DNA of 63,195 nucleotides, filler included, from Conidiobolus incongruus B7586 (GCA_000697335.1; 26 parts of 26 records of this genome joined end to end with filler, not necessarily neighbours in it); one strand, 5' to 3'. Shown: positions 40,239 through 54,074, counted from the first letter of the whole stretch. Notes: generated by a model from the letters alone, not told the origin. Numbers and translations: made by a program.

Positions 40239-41629
40239 ATATTAATATAATAAATAATATATTTATAGATTAGTTAATATAAATAAATATAATAATATAA
40301 AAATATAACATAAATTATAAGATTATATAAAAATATTAGTTAATATTAATATTATTATCATAAAATCAAAGAAATGAGAAATTTTTTAATCTTTGATTTT
40401 TTAGACTTATTATTAATACTAAATAAAAAATTAATTTTTTAACATTGATTATGTAATTTAATTATACTTAAATCAATTACTGATCTTTGAAAGTTTTATA
40501 TTTTAGTATTAATAAAACTAAACCATAAATTTTTTAAAATTATTTAAAATTTACAAATTGCTTTTGATAATAAAATATTATCTAAATTAACAATTTATTA
40601 TTAGTTAAATTATTTTAATATAAGAGAAAAATTATCCAAAACTTATTAAAATCTAAAACACTAATTTCAACTATCTCTTTTTTAATTATTAATAGAATAA
40701 GAAAGTATATTGAAAAGTATCTTTTTATTTTAATTAAAAAATCATCAAGATATTTTAATATTAGTTATATATATATATTATATATATTAAAATTTGAATT
40801 AAATTTAATTAACAGCAATATGAAATAAGTATTTTATAATTTAATTGAAGTTTAAAAAATAGCTAAAATAATGATAACTAAACAGAACTTACTAAACTAT
40901 AGCAAGAAACCAAGGCTTTTATAATAATTAATTATGATTGATGAATCTTAGATTTTTTTATATAATTCCTTGATTAAAATATAAATCAAAATATTTGATT
41001 ATATTAAATTAACCATCTTTATAAATTTTTTTAAATAAACATTATATTGATAAGTAAATATTTACTATTATAATGGATTATAATAATATTTACTATTTTT
41101 ATTTAGTTTTTAAAAAAGAATCAATTAATAATACACTTTATATTACTTTTTTAAAAAGAATTATTTCTAATAATATTCTTGATATAATTTATAAAAACTA
41201 TTATTTTATATAATAATTATAAAATATATAAAGCTAAGGTTATAAAAAACTTTTTAATTAAAAATAACTAGAAAAAATTATCATATTTAATATATTTCTT
41301 AGATTATAACCAATATGATTATAATTGTTTTGGGTAATTAAAAAACCAGCTTATAAAAAAGAAAATTTTTGCAAAAAAATTTAATTAGTTTGATAAATAT
41401 TAAAGTTCAGTTTTTAAAAAAAAAGTATTTTTAGATATTGAACTTTATTAAAAATATTGCAAAAAGTTCATAAAAATAAAAGAAATTATTAATTTATATT
41501 ATATAAATATTTTTAAATATTATATAATAAAATATTTATTTTTTTTAATTACAAAAAATTCGTAATATTTAAATTATATAATTTTATTATATATATTTTA
41601 TATTAAAATAAAAATCACTTATATTTTTA
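40239..41629 (+). mobile_element. Tc1 fragment split by a mariner insertion (Tc1 parts 40239-40352 and ~41584-41629)
   Basis: The two flanks join to match the uninterrupted Tc1 sequence at ~60610-60740. Confidence 0.65.
40353..41583 (+). mobile_element. mariner copy with both ends
   Basis: IMIDES* at 40931-40951 and DYNQYDYNCFG at ~41300-41335. Terminal-repeat-like sequence at both ends. Confidence 0.85.
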
Positions 41630-41729
41630 NNNNNNNNNNNNNNNNNNNNNNNNNNNNNNNNNNNNNNNNNNNNTTAATTAATTAANNNNNNNNNNNNNNN
41701 NNNNNNNNNNNNNNNNNNNNNNNNNNNNN

Positions 41730-41851
41730 AATTAAATAATATACCTTAATTATATATTATAATTTCAAGTAAATTAATATATATAATTGTTTTAGTTAAT
41801 AATTAAAATATATATATATTTGATTTTATAACTTATTTTTATAGGTTAGTG
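41730..41851. repeat. Tc1 terminal inverted repeat end
   Basis: GATTTTATAACTTATTTTTATAGGTTAGTG|TA preserves the ancestral CAC terminus. Confidence 0.7.
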
Positions 41852-41853
41852 TA

Positions 41854-42839
41854 TTTATCATTAGCAAATTAATAAACTAGTTAAAAAACCTATTAAAACT
41901 TCAAAATAAATGATTTAATCTAATATTAGTATTAATTAATTAAATTAAAATACTTATATTTATTAACTTTAATATTTATTCAAAATCTTTATTAATAAAT
42001 CAAGAAGTTTTTAATTTAATTACATTATTTTTAATAAATATCTTAATTTAATAAATGTTTTAAATTTTTAAAATAATTTATCTTTAGATTTTATTAAGTT
42101 TTAATCTAATATTAAATATATTAATTTTTTTATTAAATTTAACATGATAGAAAATTAAAGGATTATAAAATAGCAACATTTAAAATTATTTAATGATCCT
42201 TTTAAATATAAAATTAATATATTTATATATTTAAAATACTTTATCCTTAAACTTATCTTATTTAAATCTAGTTTAAACTTAAAATACTTACTATTATATT
42301 TTAGTCTTTACAAAAATAAGTTTATTAATTTAAATTTTAAGAATATTAGCTTAGAATTACCTTTAACTTTGAAAATTAACTTTATCTTTTATATATTTAA
42401 AACCAAACATTATTTTAAAGATTTTAATATCTTTTTTAATTAGTTAAAAGTTTTAAAATTAGATTTAATAATGAAATAAGATAAAAATGAAAAATATTAT
42501 ATTGATTATATAATTTAATCTAAATTTATTAGGAATAAGCTTTATCTTTATATAAAATAAATAAGTTAACTTATTAAAGAAACTATATAAAAATCTTTAA
42601 AAAATATTAAGAATATTTAACTTATTATATTTAATTGCAAAAATTTAAACAATATGTTTGTTTTGAAATATTAATAATAAAAGCATTAAAAAACTAATTT
42701 TTTAAATTTTTATATATTTTTTTTATAAATAAATTAATAATAAGCTATATAGTTTATTTATACTTTTATAATTAAATGAATAATATAAACAATATTAAGC
42801 TATTTAAAAAACAAGATTTTTTTTTCTTAATTCTTATTA
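41854..42839 (+). mobile_element. G2 gypsy integrase-chromodomain and 3' LTR (from ~42684)
   Basis: Colinear with 14690-15448. Segment 42684-42839 matches the reverse complement of the G2 LTR end (8015-8170), which links the gag and integrase fragments into one family. Confidence 0.78.
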
Positions 42840-43421
42840 NNNNNNNNNNNNNNNNNNNNNNNNNNNNNNNNNNNNNNNNNNNNTTAATTAATTAANNNNN
42901 NNNNNNNNNNNNNNNNNNNNNNNNNNNNNNNNNNNNNNNAAAAAATATTATTTTTTTATTTTTTTATAATAAATTTATCAAAATTATAATATTTATTAAT
43001 AGTTTAATTTAGAGAATAAGTGAGTACAAAACATGATAGTTTTTATTCCTTAAATTTTATTATTAAATATTTTTTTACCTGTTATTTACTATTATATATT
43101 TAAAATTTTATAAAATTTTAATATAAAAATATATTGTTACTTTATATTAAATATTTTGATAAAAATTTTAAACTTCTTGATTTATAATATTTAATATTAA
43201 ATATAGAAAATTAATAGATTTTTATTATTTAAATTCCTTTTATTTTAATTATTTACATGAATTTTAAAATAGACATATAATACCAAGATTTATAAATATA
43301 ATAATAATAAATACTATATTTAATAAATTATTGAATTGATATTATGAATATTCTTTTTATATATTATAAGAGCAGATATAATTCAATTATATCGCGTAAT
43401 CTTCCAAAACATATTAAAATA

Positions 43422-43743
43422 ATGAAATTTTTAGAGAGTTCAGAAGGATTCCAAGGAATCTTCAAGGAGCAAGCAGTTGTGATAAAATTTTGTGCCACTT
43501 GGTGTGGACCTTGCAAGGCTGTATCTAAAACATTTAAGGTACTGGCAAATAAACATTCTGAAATCAGAGTAATTGAAGTTGACGTGGATGAATTTCCTGA
43601 TGTCGTGGAAGAATACAAGATGAATGATATGCCTACATTTAAACTTTAGTAATGGAGAAGAGGTAAAAGAAGTGACTGGTACTGAAATTGCTAAAATTCA
43701 AGTATTATTTAATATCGAATTAATTCATTTTGATAATGATTAG
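43422..43743 (+). pseudogene. Thioredoxin paralogue with a frameshift at ~43644-43650 (pseudogene or sequence error)
   Basis: Reads MKFLESSEG...FCATWCGPCK...MPTFKL then TAG. The homologous tail NGEEVKEVTGTEIAKIQVLF continues in another frame from 43651 to a stop at 43741-43743. Confidence 0.8.
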
Positions 43744-45479
43744 CAGGAAAATCACCAATTAAGAAATTTCATCCGTTAATTTTTTTTCAAATAATTATAT
43801 ATTTAATGATATAATATGCGCAATTCATTACATTATATTCATAAAAACTCAGTATTTGTAGGTTTAGTATCCCTTTAATGATATATAAAATCATTATTTT
43901 AACATACATATAAACAATTATTCATTTATTTTGTATTTTCCAATACAATATTAAATATATAGATTTTTTATACATTAATTATCAAAGGAAATTAAAATAT
44001 TTTATATTTATGAAGATATTTTACATTAATATTATTAAAATTTATGTAAATTAATATCATTATAGTCAACCAAGATAATTAAAATCATCTTTCAAATTAT
44101 TGTTAATCTAATATTTTTATCAAATAAATGAACATATTAGACCAAATATAAAATTTATAAACACATATATAATCAGTATTATCAATCATTATATATATTG
44201 GATTAAAATTTATTATTTACTTTATTTACCATATAGTTATTTTTAACTAATTTAATAGAAGATTCTATTATCTTTTAATCCCAACATACTTATAAATATT
44301 TGAGTTAATAAATTTAATGATCATATAATAAAAACGGTTCTACAAGGATAATCAGGTTGTTATACAATAGCTTGGCACTTTGGAATAGAGTGTTTTGTCT
44401 TTTCAATTCAATATTTTTATATTTTGATTACTAATTCTTTATAATATACTTAAAATTATATTTGTAAGACATTTTTTATTCAGGATTGAATCTAAATAAT
44501 TAATCCTCATAAAACAATTAAATTTAAACAGATTTTTTCAAATGAGATTTTTATGGATTTTATTAAACAAAATATACTTTAATATACCTTACTATATTTA
44601 TCTCATTTTTAAAAATTTAAAAAGATTAAATATATAAAAATAATTATTTATTTAATCATATTTCCAACTAATATAGAGAACTCTTTACAAGAAATAATCG
44701 ATTTACACAGCATTTTTGCAACTAATTATCATATAATTAAGATATTACAAAATACTTCTTGAAATTAATAATATAGTATTTAGTCGAGGATAAATTCTAA
44801 AGCTAATATTAAACCACTATTAAGTCTTTTTAGACTACTTTGTCATGAATTAGGATACGAACTTTTCTTTTATCTATATTTAGCACATTGATACCAACCT
44901 CACTGTATAATGTCTTTGAAATAAATATATATTGTATATAAAACAGTTTATAATATTTAAAACATCGCTTAAATACAAGTTATTCAAATTTTTATAGATA
45001 TCGCTGTATAAGTTATTAATAATGTATATTAGTCAAATTTAGAAATCTATATATTTTAATGACAAATCGAGTAAATAGTGTTATAATTTTTGATTTTATA
45101 GGAAGATATAATATACAAACTTAGTATTATTTTTCTCTTTTATTAATTATGAATGATATTTATTTAAAAAAATTAAATAATTATAAGTTAATATTTTTAA
45201 ATTTTATAAAATTAATTTGCACAAAATAAAAAATAAGAATGATAAATTTATATTGTAATTTATATTGATTGAGAATAGAGATCAAATATGTATTTCATAT
45301 TAATTTTTTGACTTGAAATATTTATATCATATATTTTTATTAATATTAACAATAAATTTAGTTATGATCATTTAGGAATTCCAAAGTATCTTGATTTGTC
45401 ATAATTCATACAGAAATTATTTCAAAAATATGAAAAACATTCATAGTCTCATTAATCAAAATTAAACATCAATTAATAA

Positions 45480-45774
45480 TTACTAATATACCAGAAATTA
45501 TATTTAAATGTTGATATGTTTATATTTATAAAAAGGTATTAAATTGATGAGCCTTTTATCTAATATTAAAAAATTTATAGCATAATTTGAGAGATAATTT
45601 ATAATAATTTATTTTAAATTTTTTGAAAATAATACTCTAGATTACTAATAAAAATTAATTAGCCAATAGGAATAACTAAATTTGAGAATTTTTTTGTGAT
45701 TAATAAATAACTCCAATAACGTCATAGTTAATTACTAATTGGTCAATTTCTGAAAATAAAATTCAGTATAAATA
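45480..45774 (+). promoter_or_regulatory. Thioredoxin promoter: TTACTAA x3, CCAAT x3, ACGTCA, TATAAATA
   Basis: TTACTAA at 45480, 45642 and 45732. CCAAT at 45663 and 45713, with ATTGG at 45738. ACGTCA at 45719. TATAAATA at 45767. Confidence 0.5.
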
Positions 45775-45829
45775 ATCGCATTCTGTCAATTTTTATTATT
45801 TATTTTTTAAACAAAATCATATAATAAAA

Positions 45830-46135
45830 ATGGTTCACGAAGTTACTTCTCAAGACGAATTCCAACAAACTCTTCAACAAAATGAAGTTGTCATCTACGA
45901 TTTCTTCGCTCAATGGTGTGGTCCTTGCAGAGCTATTGCTCCTGCAGTAGAAAAGTTCGCTGCAGAATTCACCAACGTCAAGGTTTTCAAACTCGATATT
46001 GATAAAGTTCCTTCTGTTGCCCAATCTGAAAATATTTCCGCTATGCCCACCTTCAAACTATACAAGAATGGTCAATTCGTTGAAGAAGTTGTTGGTGCTA
46101 ATCCCAATGCCATCAAAGCTTTATTCACCAAATAA
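45830..46135 (+). CDS. trx: Cytosolic-type thioredoxin (101 aa)
   Basis: Contains DFFAQWCGPC active site, SAMPTF cis-Pro motif and VVGAN. Codon usage is biased (TTC, AAC, GTT, GCT) and the start context is AAAA-ATG. Confidence 0.97.
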   Translation: MVHEVTSQDEFQQTLQQNEVVIYDFFAQWCGPCRAIAPAVEKFAAEFTNVKVFKLDIDKVPSVAQSENISAMPTFKLYKNGQFVEEVVGANPNAIKALFTK

Positions 46136-47229
46136 TTTGATAACCCTGTTCAATAAATTATTGTGATAATACTAATATTTTTTTATCTGGTATGTTCTTG
46201 TAGGTTCAAACACTTTTGTTTGTAGTTTAAGGTAATTTATACCTTTTTTAAATTTGTTTTAAGTATAACTTTTCGTACACTTGATCAATAGAAACTCTAA
46301 TTGCTTTTTATTACTATTTAATTACTAATTTTATTTATAAATACTTATCTTGTTATCACAAGCTAATTAATATCATATACTTTTTTAAATCAATCTCAAA
46401 TTTATTTAAGATATTATTTGTATAAATAATTTATATTTCTAATAGGCTTTAATCAAACTTAAATCTACTGTTGATTTTGCACTTCATTAAGATGTAATCT
46501 CATCTACTTTTACAAATTTAATATTCATACTGAAATACTAAATGTTTTGATATAGTACTTTATTATTGTTATCAATTGCTTTATATATTATTTTTTTTAA
46601 TTTTTATTATAAAATAATTTTCTTCTCTTTAGCGTTTTCTTATTTTCAATTTGAATGATTATTTTCTCTATTTAAATTTACTTTATAAACTATTTATCGT
46701 AATCTAAAATTTATATATAATATTTATATAAATAAACCAGTGATTTAATACTTACAAATCTCCTTACTATTTATAAGTAAAATGATATGGTATTTTTTCC
46801 ATTTTTGGTGAGTATTAGTTTTATTGATATAATTATTTCCTTTATTTAATGTCAAATATATCAATATAATAAAATAGAAAATTTCTAATTTAATTAATAC
46901 TTTCAATCATTGATTTCATAACCAATAATAGTTATACCTTTAATTGAAACATTTCAAATTCTTACCACAGTATATATTTTATTTATTTATACAATTATTT
47001 TATAACATTAGTTAATCTTCAACGTTTCATATATTTATTACATCAGTTTAAAGAATATTATTTCATATTTAGATTATTATAAAACTACAAAAATTATCAT
47101 TTAGATTATAAATTATTAAATATATCAAATATTTCAATATACTAATAATATATTATAAATTAGTACATGTAACAATTTGAAAACTACGAGTTATAAATAT
47201 TTTGATGATATAACCCTTAGAAACCTTGA

Positions 47230-47420
47230 AATATTTATATTAATTGATAAATTATTAATTATTGTATCTGCCAATACTTTATTATTATTGGTATTTTAGT
47301 GTTTTGATATTAATACTATTTAATAATATTCATTGATTATGATTTAAATACTTTTCTCTATAAATATATAAAATTTAAATATATATATATCTTTGACCTT
47401 TATATATCCAAATTGAATAT
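47230..47420 (-). mobile_element. Possible copia RNaseH C-terminal relic (similar stretch at ~39880-40100)
   Basis: RSKIYIYLNF...RKV and KVLADT resemble R.KHID.....REKV / LAD.LTK. Shares TTTGACCTTTATAT with ~40029. Confidence 0.28.
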
Positions 47421-47506
47421 ATTTATAAATTTGAAAATTATTCTAATAAATATATAAGTGTTAAATTAAATCAAAGCTTAAAATTTGGCATTTTGACATT
47501 AAATAA

Positions 47507-47621
47507 TATTACCTTAAATTTAAAATAATAGGAAATTTTTTAATTTTAGATTTTTCAAATATATCATTAGTTTTAAATAAATAAATATATATATATAATA
47601 AATAAGAGATTATATAGTTTT

Positions 47622-47652
<31 letters not shown>

Positions 47653-47844
47653 CATAACTTTTTTGATTAAAAAATTAACTTTTTAAAATTGGTTTTTTAA
47701 TTTAATTATATTTAAACTAAATAATAATCATAAAAAGTTTTTTATTTTAGTATTAATAAAATATAATTATAAATTATCTAAAATTATTTAAAATTTATAA
47801 GTAGCTTTTAATAATAAAATATTATTTAAATCAACTATTTATTA
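47507..47844 (+). mobile_element. mariner 5' end with internal (TA)n
   Basis: Left terminal repeat TATTACCTTAAATTTAAAATAATAGGAAATTTTT. Matches 4950-5140. Confidence 0.75.
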
Positions 47845-47944
47845 NNNNNNNNNNNNNNNNNNNNNNNNNNNNNNNNNNNNNNNNNNNNTTAATTAATTAA
47901 NNNNNNNNNNNNNNNNNNNNNNNNNNNNNNNNNNNNNNNNNNNN

Positions 47945-49302
47945 ATAAAATATTTATTAGTTTTATAATAAAGCAATATAAATTTTTTGAGATTAATTTT
48001 ATCAATTTTTTTTAGAAAGTAAAAGAAATAAATATAAAAAATTTTAAAATAATATTTATAAATATAAAGCTATAATATTCAAATTAATTTTAACCTATTA
48101 TAAAATCATAACCAATATTATCAATCAAAAGCTTAATATGTTAAGAATAACTAGAAGGTAGTAAAAGATATTTAAATATAATGTTAAATATCTGTTCTAT
48201 TGAATTATTAATATATTTAATTATTAATTTGCCTTTTTAAATAGGTAAAAATAATTTTATAAAAATTAAAAAAGAAAATATAACTAAAGCAACTAAAGTT
48301 AATTAAAACATTAATAAGTATATATATAAAATACCTAATTAAAATATATAATAGGGTAAGAGTTAAAGGTAAAGAATTATATAATAGATTAATTACCAAA
48401 ATATTTCTAGTTTTTAATAATTTAATATATTAAATCTTTTTAATATTAATAATTTAATTAGTAGAATTATTATTTTATTAAAATCTTTGTGGATTAAGTA
48501 AAAATCTATTAACTAATTATAAAAGAATTGATTTTAAAGTTATATTAATATTTTTTAAGTTCGATTTATGATTAATAAATTAAAATTATTATAGATTAAA
48601 TTAATATAGTTTTTTAAATGGAAATTTATTAATTTTATAGTTAACTTAAGTTTTTTAATAATAATAGCAATTTTTATTAACTTTTAAATAAGCTATAGCA
48701 TTTTTATTAAATGATTTCTTAAAAAATTTTAAAGTAGAAACATTTATTATATAAGATTTAAGTGAGTTATAATGAATTTTAAAGGATTAATTCTTTAGGA
48801 GAAAAGATTTAATTATTGAATAAAAAATATTATTAATAAATCTATTATATCACAAATATTAAAAGAATATTATTAAATTATTTTTTATTAATTAATTAGT
48901 ATTTTATTTAAAAATAAATCTTTATAATAAGTTATTGATTTATTTTTCTTTAGTGTAATTTAATAAAATTAACTATATCTCATTAAATTTCTTAATTAAT
49001 TAATTTCTAAAAGTTTTTTACTTAAGTTAAAAAATTTTCTTTTATTAATAAAACTTAATTTTTTAAATAATATCTTTTTAAAAAGTTTTTTTTCCAATTT
49101 TTTAAATGTTTATATTTTTATAATAAGTTATCCACTTAAAAGTTTTTTAAGATTAATTTTATAATAAGTTAACTCTTAATTATAAATAGAATTTTCTAAT
49201 AAAATAGTTATATCAAGATATTATTTAGATCTTTATTAAAAATTAAATTAAAGTAATTCTTTATATTTTTAAAATAATTTTTAAGTTTATAAAGATTTTT
49301 AA
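47945..49302 (-). mobile_element. G2 gypsy fragment (protease-gag)
   Basis: Colinear with 6224-7420. ORF 48217-48399 is the protease frame (NVLINFSCFS from VLIDSGCS). Confidence 0.78.
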
Positions 49303-49402
49303 NNNNNNNNNNNNNNNNNNNNNNNNNNNNNNNNNNNNNNNNNNNNTTAATTAATTAANNNNNNNNNNNNNNNNNNNNNNNNNNNNNNNNNNNNNNNNNN
49401 NN

Positions 49403-51487
49403 AAAATTAATTCTATTAATTTTTTTAAAATAAAAATAAAATAAATTTATAACTTATTAAAATAATATTTATAAATATAAAATTATGATATTTAATCTAA
49501 TTTTAACCTAATATAAAATTATAATTAATATTATTAATTAAAAATTTAATATATTAGGAATAGTTGGGAAATAATAAAAAATATTTAAATATATTATCAG
49601 ATAATTATTCTGTTAAGTTGTTAATATATTTAATTTTTAAGTGTTTTTAGAATAGTAAAGATAGTTTTGAAATAATAAAAAAATAATACAACTAAAATAA
49701 CTAAAGTTAATTAAAATACTAACAAATATATTTATAAAGTAACTAGTTAAAATAAACAATAAAATGATTATTAAAGGAAAAAAATTATAAAATAAATTAA
49801 TTACTAGAATATTTTTAGTTTTTAGTGGTTTAATAAATGAAATCTCTTTAGTATATATAATTTAATTTATAGAATCATTAGTTTATTAAAACTTTTGTAT
49901 AATAATTTAAAATCTATTAACGAATTATAAAAGAAATAATATTAAAGTTATATTAATATTATTTAAGTTTAATTTATAATTGATAGATTAAGATTATTAA
50001 AAATTCAACTAATGTTGTTTTTTAAAGGATATTTATCAATTTAATAGTTAACTTAAACTCTTTAATAATAATAGCAACCTTTATTAACTCTCAAATAAGC
50101 TTTAACTTCTTTATTAAAAGTTCTCTTATAAAATTTTAAAATAGAAATATTTATCATTTAAAATTTAAGTAAGTTAAAATAAGTTTTAAAAAATTAATTA
50201 TTTTGGTAAAAATATTTAATTATAAAATAAAAGATATTATTGATTATAATTGTTATATCATAGATATTAGAAAAAAACATATTATTAAAATATTTTTTAT
50301 TAACTAATTAAAGCTTTATTTAAAGATTAAAACATTATAATAGCTTGTAGATTAATTCTTTTTTAATGATATTTAATATATTTAAATATATTTCATTAAA
50401 TTCCTTAATTAATTACTTTATAAAAGTTTTTTATTTATGTTAAAATAGCTTTTATTTTGTTAATTATATTTAATCTTTCTGGTAATATTTTTTTTAATGT
50501 TTTTTCTAATTATTTAAAATTTTATATTTTTGTAATAAGTTATCCTTTTAGACTCTTTATGATTAAGCTTATAATAAGATAATTATTAAATATAAATAGA
50601 TCTTTTAAAAAAATAGTTAATTTAAAAATATTTTTTAAATTTTTATTAAAAATTAGATTAAAATAATTTTTTATATTCTTAAAAAAATTTTCAAATTCAT
50701 AAAGGTTTTTAAAGCTATTATAAGTATTTAATTTGTTTTTAAAAGTATTAAAAAAGTAGTTTAATATGTTAATAATAATGAAACAACTAGTTTATTAAAT
50801 TTAAGTCTTTTAAGTTATGTTTTTCTCAATTAAAAGCTGTTTAATATAAGTTTTTTAATGGGTAATAAGTTTTTTAAAATTAAAATCTTAAATTCACTTA
50901 GTAATTAAGCTACCATTATTATTAAAATAATATAATGATATTCTTTCAAAATATTACAATATATAATATATAATATATAATATTAAATTTAAATAAAATA
51001 AATTATAAATAAGATTTAAAATAGTAATAAATAAGGTTAACATAAGTAATTATCAGTTTTTTAATAAAATTTTAATAGTTTTATTATTGTTATTAGATAA
51101 GTATAATAATAATTAGACTAATATAATATAGAGAAAAAATTAATATAAAAGTAACATAATATAAAATATGATAGGATAATATAAAATATAATGTACAAAT
51201 ATAAATAAAGTTTAATTAAGCTTTAAACTAAGATAAGTCACTAATATATTAAAATTTATACTAAATACTATTAAAATACTATAATATTAAAAAAATTTAG
51301 TTTTATTCTTAAAAATATGATAAAAGATTAAAAATAATAAGAATTAAAAAAAAACTTTATTTATTAAATAATTCAATATTATTTATATAATTAATTTAGC
51401 TATAAAGGTATAAATTAACTATATAATTTATAGTTAATTGAATTCTATAAAAATATATATAAAAATTTAAAGAACTAGTTTATTAAC
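49403..51487 (-). mobile_element. G2 gypsy fragment (protease-gag-5' LTR ~51088-51487)
   Basis: Colinear with 6224-8170. Confidence 0.8.
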
Positions 51488-52869
51488 TTTTTTAATTATT
51501 AATAGTGTTAAAAAATATATTATAAAACATATTTATATTTTAATTAAAGAATAATTTAAATAATTTNNNNNNNNNNNNNNNNNNNNNNNNNNNNNNNNNN
51601 NNNNNNNNNNTTAATTAATTAANNNNNNNNNNNNNNNNNNNNNNNNNNNNNNNNNNNNNNNNNNNNTATTTTCTCTTAGTTATTACTTATAGATTTTTAT
51701 AAATGCTTGATATAACATAATATTTTATTAAATGTATTCTGTTCAATTTTAAATAAATTGAGATATTTATAATATTTATTATACTTATTTTGAATAAAAT
51801 TTTCATAAAAAGTAATATTGCATATTAAGTATATAATCAGTTTTTATATAATTTATGCTTATTTAAAATAATATTTAAATAATATTCAAATAATCTTTTT
51901 ACAAATTATTATTTTATTTTATTATAAAGAGTTACTGTTTAAATTATTAAATAATATAAATCCAATATATTTAAATATCTAAAATAAAAATAAAAACAAT
52001 AAACCAATAAAGTATAAATCAAATTTAATAATAAAACCAAACTGATAACTTGTTTATTTAAAATGAATATTATTCAATATTAAATAAATTAAGCTAAATT
52101 AATAATTTTATCAATATGATGATTCCAAAAAATTTAATAATAAAATATTTATTTTAATAAATATAACGCGGATAATATAAGGTTTGAAATTAAAATTCAA
52201 ACCTTAGAAATTTTATTTAATGTTTATTATGATAGTTTATAAAAATTATTATTTTAAAATCTATAAATCTTCTTATATATATTTTCAAGCTATAATTAAA
52301 ATATAAATAAATTTATTTTTTCATAAAAAGATTTTTTATTAGTATTATTGATCTATCAAAAGAATAACTTTGGAAACTTTTATAAATATTTTTTTTAATA
52401 TTTATATTTAATATATTATGGATTTTTATTCCAAAATACCTATTTGACTTCAATTAATATCTACCTTATTTATATAAATATATTCGATAACACTGATAAA
52501 TATTATTTTTTTATCTTATTTTAAAATATTGTAATTATTTTTTTAATATTATTAATTAATATTATTTTTTAATACTTCAGAATACTCTTAATATTATGTT
52601 ATCGAAACTTTAGCTAACTCTAATTAATAGTTAATTTATTTTAAATATTAAATCCAAAATAATTATATATTAATAATTTTATTTTAACGTTATTTTAAAA
52701 TATCAGTTTAATATATAATTATAATAACTTTTAATATCTTTATTATTAATTTTCTTATATTAATTTTGTNNNNNNNNNNNNNNNNNNNNNNNNNNNNNNN
52801 NNNNNNNNNNNNNTTAATTAATTAANNNNNNNNNNNNNNNNNNNNNNNNNNNNNNNNNNNNNNNNNNNN

Positions 52870-54074
52870 TTAATAGCTTTTTTCTATATTTTTAATAAGC
52901 TTCTAGTATTTAAAAAATAATTCTTTTTATTAAATACTGAAATTTAATATTTTATAAACCAATTTGATTTATTTGTAGGAATTTTTTTTCTTGCAAATTA
53001 TTTTTTAATTATCTAAAACAATTATAATCATATGGGTTATAATCAGGTGAATATATTGGATATGATAACTCTTTTAATTTTTTTATATAAAAAATCTTTT
53101 ACAGTCTTAATTTTATATATTTTGTAATTATCATATAAAATAATAAATATTTTTAATTTTTATTAAGAATATCATTTAGAAATTGATTTATTTAAAAAAG
53201 TAATATATAATTTATTATTAATTAATTTTTCTTAAGATATTATATAAAAATAATATACTATTTAATCCATTATAATAATTAATATTTTTTTATATTTAAA
53301 ATATTTATTTATTAAAATTTATATAAAGGATTAATTTAGCTTAAACTAATATCTTGTTTTATTTTTAATCAAAGTATTATATAAAGGAATTTAAAATTTA
53401 TCAATTATAAGTATTTATTATAAAAACCTTTGTTTTTAGCTATACCTTAATAAGTTTAATATAGCTATAGCTACTTTAGTTTTTTTTAGGCTTTTATTAA
53501 ATTATAAGGTATTTATTTTATATTTTATTTAAAAAATCTAAGTTTAAGTTTAAGTAAATATAACATACTTGTATAATTAATATTAAAATGTTTTGATAGT
53601 TTTCTAACAGAGAAAAATGTATTTTTTAATCTATTTTTTTATTCTATTAATAGATGAAAAAATAATAGTGAAAATTAATCTTTTAGATTTTAATAAATTT
53701 TAAATAATATCCCTTCTAGCTTTAAAATCAGAAATCTAGCAATATATGGTAGTTTTAGATAAAGCATCATCTTTATAAGTTATTTGTAAGTTTTAGATGA
53801 TTTTAAATGGTTTATGGTTAAGTTTTAAATATATAAAAATAAATACCTTTTGATAATTATAATTTGGTTTAAGTATGATTAAATTTAAGTATAAATTTTA
53901 AAATCAAAATTTTTTAATAAAAAAATAACTAAAATTAAATATATATATATATATATAGTTTGAAAATATTTATTGTTCTATATGTTTTATATATAAAAAA
54001 TTTTCCAAAATATATAATATATTTGAAAGAACAGAAATTAAAAAATTTGCTATTTCTTAATTTCCATACTAATA
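52870..54074 (-). mobile_element. mariner copy
   Basis: YSPDYNP is intact at 53033-53053. Colinear with 13190-14270. Confidence 0.85.

Noticed and set aside
43344..43421. N-terminal extension of the thioredoxin paralogue as a targeting peptide
   Set aside because: The ATG at 43422 aligns with the paralogue's start and has an A-rich context. The extension is AT-rich and unsupported, though not excluded.
43364..43618. 84-aa ORF (-)
   Set aside because: Antisense shadow of the thioredoxin paralogue.
45600..45830. Heat-shock element linking the HSF gene to the thioredoxins
   Set aside because: No array of alternating nGAAn units was found. The genes are also on different contigs of the scaffold.
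45800..46024. 74-aa ORF (-)
   Set aside because: Antisense shadow of thioredoxin.
48217..48399. 60-aa hydrophobic ORF as a membrane peptide
   Set aside because: It is the mutated G2 protease frame.
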